Below the pieces are notes generated by a model. That model did not search any database and was not told the DNA's origin. It saw only the letters and a program-made list of their open reading frames with translations. The position numbers were made by a program, and so were the translations under genes. Below, piece after piece: positions 54,861 through 64,000 of a stretch of DNA of 64,000 nt (its first letter is position 1; every line of letters begins with the position of its first letter). Source of the DNA: Eledone cirrhosa. Its lineage: Eukaryota. The DNA is taken from assembly GCA_964016885.1 (NCBI GenBank), contig OZ024742.1, positions 150,598,001 to 150,662,000 on the forward strand. Direction: 5' to 3'.

Positions 54861-55589
54861 TTATATGTATTTATATGTGTGTGATATACAGAATCACACA
54901 CATAAATGTATATATAAATACTTATACACACACATACATATATATGTGTGTGTGTGTCTGTGTGTGTGTGTGTCTATGTATGTGTCTGTGTGTGTATCTG
55001 TGTCTGTGTCGGTGTCTGTGTCTGTGTATAATCATCACATGCAGAAATATATTGGTATTTAAAAATGTATTGTTGCTGGCTGCACCCATATAATCTTTTG
55101 GCAGTAACTTGGAACCGAGGTTAAATAGACAGCGTTATTCTAGTTTTGTGTTTCTTTATGTATAATGATGTTCCATGGGAACGAATACTTAGCCATAAAA
55201 TAAGAGCCGAGCCTAAATAATTAGTTCATTGATAGAATGCGGGTTCTTTGATAGATTATATTTGAAAGAATATCTTTCATAGAAGCTCATGTAGCGCTAA
55301 AGCCATCGAAATCGATTCCTCTTTCCTATCATGTTCAGTGATTAAGATATTGAAACTGCAAAACTACATTTGTTTCATTCATTCAGATGGTGTTGATAAA
55401 ACAACTAACAATTCTACTGAAAAGAAGCTCATATTTTAGAGTGTTTTCATTTCAAAGTTAATTGAATATTTCACCGAAGAAATGGCAAGTTATTAATTTA
55501 GAGTTTGTATCTTGATGGAAGTATCATTGACTGTAGTTGATTTTATTGTTGTCATAGTTATTGTTGTTAATGTTGTCATTGTTGTTACT

Positions 55590-55785
55590 AATTTTAGCAT
55601 AAGGCCCGCAATTTGAAGGGAAGAGGGAAAGTCGATAAAACTGACCCCAGTGTGTTCCTAATACTTTATTTTATCGACCCAATAAGGTTGAAAGGTAAAG
55701 TTAATCTCGGCGGAATTTGAACTCAAGGCTATAACTATATGTCGCAAAGCATGTTTCCTGACGCTCTACCAACACTGCAATTCCA
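55590..55785 (-). mobile_element. SINE family A, diverged
   Basis: tactttattttatcgaccc...aaaggtaaagttaatctcggcggaatttgaactc. Confidence 0.7.
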
Positions 55786-56521
55786 TGGTGTTGTTGCTGT
55801 TCTTGTTGTTACCGAGGATTAGCTGCAGGAAGGTATGCTCTAGCATGCCTACGATCAATGACAGCGTTTCAGACTATGTTATTTATTGTATCCTTCCTTC
55901 TTTAAAACAGTGGCGTGTGGTTTGAGGAAGATTTGACAACTATTTCTAGTAGATTGATCGATTGCATACAGGCGCTTAGTTACTTTGATATCGCTGAGTG
56001 TGAGATGTTTGAATAAATATAGCTAGAAGCACCGCAACAACAGAAAATAAATTAAAGTATTTAAACATATTTTAGATGTTTACGAAACGTCCATCTTATA
56101 GAACCGTAGCAGCAATTTCATTCGTCAATAGTGACTGTGATTTCTCATATATCATTCGTGTTCTCAATATTAGAGATTACATTACTGATCTTAAGAGTCT
56201 TATGCGTTGTTCATAGGTTCAGAATTGATTGCAGACCAATAGCGTACCTGGTGGGTGGGGACCATAGTAATAGTGCGCCTCGTCGACACTTTTATGGGGA
56301 TAGCACTTTTGGGTCTGTTGTATATATTCGAGTTAGTGGTATGGGCCACAGGATGGCGAGTATGCGGACGACTGAGGGTGTCATTTTTGTCTGTATGGGG
56401 GAGGGGGCCTTGGCTTCTGTCTGGGGCGGCAAATTCAAGGGCTGCTCTGGGAGGCACACAATCTAGCTACGCCACGGCTACAGATGTTACATTGAGAATT
56501 TGTATAGTCCATTTAATTCTG

Positions 56522-56690
56522 TGAAGGCGCATGGCTTAGTGGTTAGAGCATTGGTCTTCCAATCGAAAGGTTGTGAGTTCAATTCTCGGACCGGGTGATG
56601 TGTTGTTTCCTTGAGCAAGACACTTTATTTCACGTTGCTCCAGTTTACTCAACTCTAGAAATGAGATGATAGGTACCCCACTCCCTGGAT
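56522..56690 (+). mobile_element. SINE family B
   Basis: gaaggcgcatggcttagtggttagagc...gtgagttcaattctc...ccttgagcaagacactttatttcacgttgctcc. Confidence 0.85.
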
Positions 56691-57013
56691 ATATATATAT
56701 ATATATATAAGCAAATAGTAAAAAGTAAAAAATACAGTAGAAAATGCTACAGGGATTTTTCAGGATAACATCAAAGCATTTATTTACAAAGTAGGGATTT
56801 ACCACTCCTTCATTGTAGAGTAGATTTAGACGGTTTTCTGTTGCTATTTCTGTTGTATTGTCCTAATATATACAAAGAGATTTGTTCATTTAGTAGTTCA
56901 ACTACGTAACGTTTTGGACAACATGTGATTTAGGTAATGGTTTGTATACTTTATGAGCAATATCTCCGTTTATTCCAAAGAACTCTTCCCTGAAAGAGCA
57001 ATGTTCTTTCAAT

Positions 57014-57197
57014 ATTTGTTTCTACTTTAGGCACAAGGCCAGCATTTACCCAGTGCATTACTGGTACTTTATTTTATCGACCCCGTAAGGATGAAAGGCA
57101 AAGTCAACCTCGGCGGGATTTGAATTCAGATCGTAAAGGGACGTAACTATGCTGGAAAGCATGACGTCCGACCCTCTACCGATACTGCCAATCCACC
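57014..57197 (-). mobile_element. SINE family A
   Basis: Full-length reverse copy of 851-1044, abutting the R4-like RT fragment. Confidence 0.85.
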
Positions 57198-59417
57198 AAG
57201 CAGCTGGAAAGAAAGAGGTTTGGGGGTGTGCTGAACAACTCCTAATCAACAAAACTGCGATGTCGGAGGTGCGACAACTTAGGAGGAATATGGTTACAGC
57301 CTGGGTGGACTACAGGAAAGCTTTCGATTCTGTTCCCTACTCTTGGATGATAGAGGCCCTCCAACTTGCTAAAGTCCCAGACATTATTGTCAGAGCCATA
57401 GAGAGGTTGTCTTCTTCTTGGGCTACTATCCTAAGGTTAAAGACAGAGAGGGAGGACTCTATTTTCACTGATAAAATAAAATATTGCAGGGGTATATTTC
57501 AGGGGGACAGTCTCTCTGTGATATTATTCATCTTGTCATTAAACCCCTTGTCCTTTCTGCTCAAGAAATGTGAGGGATACATCATTGGCTCACAGGAGGA
57601 CAGAAATACGAACCTAACCCATAATTTCTTTGTAGACGATCTGAAACTCTATGCCAAGTACAGGGATGCGATAAAGAAAAATCTTGACCTGGTTACAACG
57701 TTCTCAAAGGATATAGGAATGGAGTTTGGCCAAGATAAATGCTCATAGATGACTGAAAAGCGGGGAAAAACAACAACCCAATATAGCAACATTGTTATCA
57801 ATGGCCTAACTGTTTCACCGATATCTGATGAGGACTGCTACAGATACCTGGGGATAGATGAGAACATATCCTATAATGGTATCTGTAATAAAGAACGCGT
57901 AACCAGGGAATACTACACCCGATTAAGAAAGATCTGGTCATCGGAACTCTCTGTGCAAAACAAAACAGTGGCTCACAATGTGTTTGCTGTGCCTGTCCTA
58001 ACACCAACTTTTGGAATACTCAATTGGACGATAGACGAAATCCGAGCAGTTGACGTTGGAACTCGAAAAATACTGAACAACACCGGAAACTTCCACATCA
58101 ACAGTGACATAGACCGCCTTTACTTGAAACGTAAGCAGGGAGGCAGAGGCCTAACATCAGTCCAGACAACATTTGAATGTCGGATCATATCTCTCCGACA
58201 ATATCTACGAACCTCGAAGCGTAGGAGCCCGTTTCTCGAGCAAGTCTATCTGCATGAAACAGATAAGATCATGAGAGTTGGGAAGGAACTCCTCGAGAGA
58301 TATTCCCTGTGTGATAATCAAAAACTCACACCCAGGGATGTCGCTCAGCAGTATCGCAGTGAATTCATGGATGAAAAACTGCATGCCTATCAGCAAAAAA
58401 TCATGCATGGATATGTTGCCAGGAAGCTCCATAGTGAGAGTAATATAGATAAGGAAAGTAGTCTATCTTGGACCAACAACCGCTATATTGGCTCCCACGT
58501 TGAAGGATACGCTTTTGCAATCCAGGAACAAGAGATTAACACGAAATACCTGATTCACAAAAGAGATAGGGATGCAGGCAAAACACCTAGATGTGATAAC
58601 AAGTGCAGACTTTGCAGAACTAACATCGAGGATATCACCCATGTCATCAGCAGCTGTCCAAAGATGTCATCGCGGTACTATCTACCTATGAGGCATGATG
58701 TAGTGGCCAAAACACTGTACAATGCAGTTCGTAAAAAAGATAGCCCCGATAATAAACACATTAAAAGCTACAGCAATGTGGAAGACATACATGTACAAAA
58801 TATGAAAGACTACTGGTGGAATGTTCCAGTAAAAACCCCAATAAAATGCAGGCATAACAGACCAGATATTATGATATGGGACAGGGAGAAGAAAGCATGT
58901 ACACTAGTGGAAATTAGCTGCCCAGCAGATGCCAATATAATATCAAAGATTAGTGAAAAGGAGAATATTTATGCAGAACTGATGAGAAATCTGCAGATAC
59001 TCCACCCTGATTACACCTTCAGATTTATGCCTGTGATTATTGGGTCACTGGGACATGTTAGTAACTGCCTCAATACAAATCTTGAGAAGCTAGGCTTCAC
59101 AGGAACAGAAAGAATACAACTAGTTAGGAAATTACAAGTACAATCCCTTAATGGAACAGTAAAAATATGTAAAACATTCCAAAGATTTTGCATCTAATAA
59201 CTGCATATACACATGTACCGATACAAAGCATGTACACATGCACACATACAACTCAAAACATCCACATCCACACTACAATAACATCCATATCTACACATGC
59301 ATGCATACATACATATCTACCTAGTTGATGTTGTGTAAATTCCAATGAGAGAGTCTTGTGTCTATGTTAGAAACCGACTCTCTATTGGTAAAACTTTGTG
59401 AAATTATAAAACCAGAA
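57198..59417 (+). mobile_element. 5'-truncated R4/Dong-like LINE (family 3) ending in (CATA)n
   Basis: VDYRKAFDSV, GIFQGDSLS, FVDDLK, YRYLG, GGRGL, CRLC..EDITHVISSC, RHD, NRPDI; one in-frame stop at 57746-57748. Confidence 0.9.
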
Positions 59418-59424
59418 GTACATA

Positions 59425-59835
59425 CATGAGAAATCTGCAGATACTCCACCCTGATTACATCTTCAGATTTATTCCTGTGATTATTGGGCACTGGGGTATG
59501 TCAGTAACTCCCTCAATACAAATCTTGAGAAGCTAGGCTTCACGGGAACAGAAAGAACACAACTAGTTAGGAAATTACAAGTACAATCCAGTAAAAATAT
59601 GTAAAACGTTCCAAAAATGTTGCACCTAATAACTACATATACACATGTACAGATACAAAGCATATACACATCCACACATACAATAACATCCATATCTACA
59701 CATGCATGCATGCAGGCATGCATACATAATCTACCTAGTTGATGTGTAAATTCCAATGAGAGAGTCGTGTGTCTATTTTAGAAACCGACTCTCTCTCTAT
59801 TGGTAAAAATTTGTGAAATTATTTAAACCAGAAGA
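59425..59835 (+). mobile_element. Family 3 R4-like 3' fragment (copy 2)
   Basis: Repeats 58982-59417 with small deletions; followed by (CATA)n. Confidence 0.85.
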
Positions 59836-59879
59836 TATATACATACATACATACATATATATATATACATACATACATA

Positions 59880-60770
59880 AAAAAAATCATGCATGAATAT
59901 GTTGCCAGGAAGCTCCATAGTGAGAATAATATATATAAGCAAAGTAGTCTATCTTGGAATAACCACCGCTATATTGGCTCCCACATTGAAGGATACGCTT
60001 TTGCAGTCGAAGAACAGGAAATCAACACGGAATACTTGATTCACAAAAAAGATAGGGATGCAGGCACAACATCTAGATGTGTCAACAAATGCAGACTCTG
60101 CAGAATTAACATCGAAGATGTCACCCATGTCATAAGCAACTGTCCAAAGATGTCATCACGGTACTATCTACCTATGAGGCATGATGTAGTGGCCAAAACA
60201 CTGTACAATGCAGTTCGTAGAAAAGATAGCTTCGACAATAAACACATTAAAGGCTACAGCAATGTGGAAGACATACATATACATAATATGAAAGAGTACT
60301 GGTGGAATGTTCTAGTCAAAACACCAATAAAGTGCGAGCATAATAAACCAGATATTATGATATGTGACAAGGAAAGGAAGGCATACACACCAGTGCAAGT
60401 TAGCTGCCCAGCAGATGCCAATGAAATATTAAAGATTAGCGAAAAGGAGAATATCTATGCAGAACTAATGAGCAATCTGCAGATACTCCACCCTGAATAT
60501 ACCTTCAGATTTATACCTGTGATTATTGGAACACTGGGTTATGTTAGTAACTACTTCAGCACAAACCTTGAGAAGATATGCTTCACGGAAACAGAAAGAA
60601 CACGACTAGTTAGGAAATTACATTAATGGAACAGTAAAAATTTGAAAACATTCCAAAGAATTCTGCATATACACTTGTACAGATTCAAAGCATATGCACA
60701 TGCACAAACCAACTCTCTCTATTGGTAAAAAATTATAAAATCATAAAACCAAAAAAATACATAAATTCAT
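59880..60770 (+). mobile_element. Family 3 R4-like 3' fragment (copy 3)
   Basis: ORF 59889-60626 is homologous to 58400-59150; followed by (CATA)n. Confidence 0.85.
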
Positions 60771-60796
60771 ACGTACATACATACATACATACATAC

Positions 60797-61357
60797 CTAA
60801 CTGCCTCAGTACAAATCGTGAGATGCTGAGTTTTACAGAACCAGAAACAACGCGACTAGTTAGGAAGTTACACATTAACACGACTAGTTAGGAAGTTACA
60901 CATTAATGGAACTGTAAAATTGTGTAAAACATTCCAAAAATTATGCATGTAATAATTCTTTCTACTTTTGGCACAAGGCCAGCAATTACCCAGTGTATTA
61001 CTGGTACTTTATTTTGTCGACCCCATAAGGATGAAAGGCAAAGTTAACCTCGGCGGGATTTGAACTCAGAATAGCAAAGGCCGTAACTCTATGCGTCAAA
61101 GCATGGCGTCCGACCCTCTACCGATACATATAATAATGTCATATACACGTAGAGATACAAAACATATGCACATATATAACTCAAAACATACAGACCCACA
61201 CATACAATAACATCCATACCTTCCCACACTCGCACGCATGTAGGCATACATACATGTTTACCTAGTTGATGTCTAAATTCCTATGAGAGTCTTGTATCTA
61301 TGTTAGAAACCGACACTTTCTCTATTGGCAAAAGTTTGTGAAATTATGAAACCAGAA
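60797..61357 (+). mobile_element. Family 3 R4-like 3' fragment (copy 4), interrupted by a SINE-A copy at about 60952-61127 (minus)
   Basis: taactgcctc...gaaaccagaa then catacata; SINE body in reverse orientation inside. Confidence 0.8.
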
Positions 61358-61429
61358 CATACATAAATACATACGTACATACATCGTATTACGCTTTTTG
61401 GTCCTCGACAATTATCTATCAGTTAAGGA

Positions 61430-61725
61430 GAAGACACGCGGTCTAGTGGTTAAAGTGTTGAACTTACAATCCTAATCTCATAGGTTCGATTCCCAAACAA
61501 GGTGCCGCGTTGAGTTCTTGAGTAAAACACTTCATTTCACATTGTTCCTGTACACTCAGCTGATAAAGAGTACCAGCAGTGGCTGGGGATTAACCAGGTG
61601 ATGGACTGGCATCCTATGCAGAGGGAAGCCTTGTACTCTCGGTCCCTTAACGCCAATGAAATATAAAATCGAGGATAAGCACCGGCCTGATGAATCTGAT
61701 GGCTTGGGACAGACTTTAACTTTTA
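61430..61725 (+). mobile_element. SINE family B head with a different tail
   Basis: ggtctagtggttaaag...ggttcgattccc...cttgagtaaaacacttcatttcacattgttcc. Confidence 0.7.
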
Positions 61726-62336
61726 ACTTATCAGTTACTTGAGTTGATTTAAACGACTGTGCCCGCCCAATAATTTGTGGTTTCCAGTTAAAGTTAGAAA
61801 CAACAGCTAAAACAGCGGATAGAATGTTTTTTATTCAAGGTTTCTGCATTCAAAATTCCAATTCCAATAATGTCAACTTTACCTTTCATCCTTTCGAGGT
61901 CGATAAATAAAGTACTGGGATAGATTTTCTGTCTCTTTCTCTCCCCTCTCTGGCTCCCTCCCCTCCCTCTCTCTCTCTCTCCTCCCTCTCCTCTCTGTCT
62001 CTTCCTCCCTCTCCTCTCCTCTCCTCGCTGTGCTCAGACATGACGTGAGGTGGGTTCCGCCAGATTTAAATTACTAAGACGCCATATGTCACAACAGCAC
62101 CACTTCGATTCTATTTGGAGTTCAAAGCTCATGAATAGATGGATGGATTATGGAAGGACGGACGAGTGGATAGAAGTAACGACAGCGTGGTGATCCACCT
62201 TAGTCATGTCTCTATTTATTATTATGTTAAAATCATATTGTTGTAGACTTTTTATCATCTCAACAGCACCAAAAAATAAAAACCAATAATATACGGGTTT
62301 ACAGATCTGTTGCTTTATGCCAATGCAAGAAGTGAC

Positions 62337-62386
<50 letters not shown>

Positions 62387-62759
62387 TATATATTTTTTTG
62401 TATTTCTAATTATTAGAATTCATGTAGATATAGTTTCTCATATTAGTGAAAATACTGTTCTTTCCTTTTGTTCGTTCGTATCCTGGTTTCCTGTAAATGT
62501 CAGCTACCAATTAGAAATGCTAAATATTACGCAACATTAATGTTATCATAATATACGTGTTCACTCCTGGACTGTTGTGGGTTGCATTGATTGAATTGGC
62601 CTAATTTTAAAGAGCAGCTTTGCCACCTTATAGTGAAAATAATATGTAATATTGTCAAACAATATACTGTATACCGAATGATCAACATTTTCCTTGTGCA
62701 ATTGCCTGCAATGTTCTGGATTTCTGGGCAAGACACTAAATTTCGCTGACTAAGCCAAA

Positions 62760-62970
62760 ATAGTCGTAGTCATAGTCTAGGGTTCTTCCACGCCATTCGG
62801 TGCGTTGAGCAGTAAGAAGTCGCCAACGATCACGATTAGCGGCAGCTTTTTCGCGTCCGTGCCAAGTGGTGATGTTGTCTGCCATCAGGTCTTTTTGGAA
62901 CGTTCGTCGCCAGGTAATCCTGGGGCAAGCCCGCTTTCATTTGCCGCTTGGTGGAGTACAGTTCATCGCC
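62760..62970 (-). mobile_element. RTE-like LINE 3' end fragment
   Basis: Minus-strand translation GLPRITWRRTFQKDL and DAKKAAANRDRWRLL, followed by a (GACTAY)n short-repeat tail. Confidence 0.6.
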
Positions 62971-62984
62971 GTTTTATATATATG

Positions 62985-63849
62985 CTAGCAGAATGGCCCG
63001 GCGTTGCTCGGAATTCTAAACATAGATTGGCATATTTATCCCTCCTTTCTGAAACAGTACAGAGAAGTACGGAATACCTCCGCCTGGGGATGGTGTCTAC
63101 ATTTTGTGCTTATAAAAAGAATTCGTCGTAGATTACCAGGGGTTTAACTTAATTAGGTGCCTGAGAGTAAAATGTTCAATCCACGAAAGCCAAGACGATA
63201 GGGTTAAGTAAAAAGGCATTCGACAAAGCGAACATGTATTTGTTGTGCTATGGTACAATGAAAGCAATAGTTACAGAGCAGTAAGCATGTGGGACTGCAG
63301 TGGTGGAGAGCATGAAGGAATTTAGTTGCATTCTTTTAAGGTTACAGGCCCTAACGCAACCAAAATGCTAAACAATGTGGTCCCCGGACAAAAATTTGAA
63401 ATCTTTTACAGTCAAGAAAATTTGTGAAACATAAGTAATGCATATGCAAAGTTTTAAAAAACATCGGTTGGGTATTTCTCGAGTTACAGGCCCTAACGCA
63501 ACCAAAATGCTTTTAAAAATCGGGTTTTCGCCTAATGCGGTCCCTGGGGCAAAAGCTGAGAAAATCTTTTTTGCTCAAAACATTTTAAATGACATAAGTA
63601 ATGCAAATTTTAAAGAAATTGCCTGGATTATTGTTCCGTTATGCCTAAAAAAAGCCTTTAAAGCCTAAAATATGCGGTTTTTCGCCTAATGCGGTCTCTA
63701 GAACATTAAAAATTCGAAATATTGTTTGCTCAAAACACTCACACGACCATAAGTATTACATGTGTAAAGTTTGAAAAAAATCGGTTTGGTGGTTCTCAAG
63801 TTTTAGGGGAACAGACAGACAGACAGGCATTCTGTTTTAGATATATAGA
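62985..63849 (-). mobile_element. Non-autonomous Helitron-like element
   Basis: Minus strand begins A|TCTATATAT and ends with a GC-rich hairpin (ccgagcaacgccgg) then CTAG; internal direct repeats ttacaggccctaacgcaaccaaaatgct; (CAGA)n near the 5' end. Confidence 0.65.
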
Positions 63850-64000
63850 TATATCACTTTGCCTTCTGTGCATACTTCCTCTTCTTGTCTAATATGTTGG
63901 GCTTTGTTTCCATCTCTTCTCCCCGGTTGTAGTACATTGGTTAGTAGCAAATTTTATTTATTTGTAAATATATGAAGGGTTAACCACCATGTCTTGTGTC

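Noticed and set aside
56131-56524. Overlapping short ORFs in a GC-richer patch
   Set aside because: No recognisable domain; probably a TE remnant.
56521-56595. tRNA gene
   Set aside because: A and B boxes are present but run into a SINE body; no complete cloverleaf.
57149-57197. Start of the 199-aa ORF
   Set aside because: The ATG lies in an antisense SINE, not in the retrotransposon.

Overview
AT-rich, microsatellite-dense animal genomic DNA. The tRNA-headed SINEs and the (TA)/(CA)/(TATG) density suggest an octopus or other coleoid; this is inference only. I found no host protein-coding exon. The window holds non-LTR retrotransposons: several R4/Dong-like RT-RLE elements in (TAA)n and (CATA)n, a near full-length Tx1/L1-clade element with an intact ORF2 in (TATC)n, RTE fragments and a CRE-like remnant. 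It also holds two tRNA-derived SINE families, a pogo/Tigger-like MITE and a Helitron-like element. The main observation is an 11.5-kb array (17292-28751) of apparently identical 310-bp units. Each unit carries a minimal type I hammerhead ribozyme (HHR) with a palindromic stem III. After about 30.6 units the array flips orientation by a snap-back inside the ribozyme, and it sits in a (TA)n tract. This looks like a retrozyme or Penelope-type rolling-circle insertion. About ten more HHR or HHR-like motifs lie in unrelated short (TA)n-flanked elements. They often show the order HHR, AATAAA, (TA)n and carry direct or inverted terminal repeats, which points to a diverse microsatellite-targeting ribozyme retroelement community. 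All structures were read by eye; no folding or database search was run.
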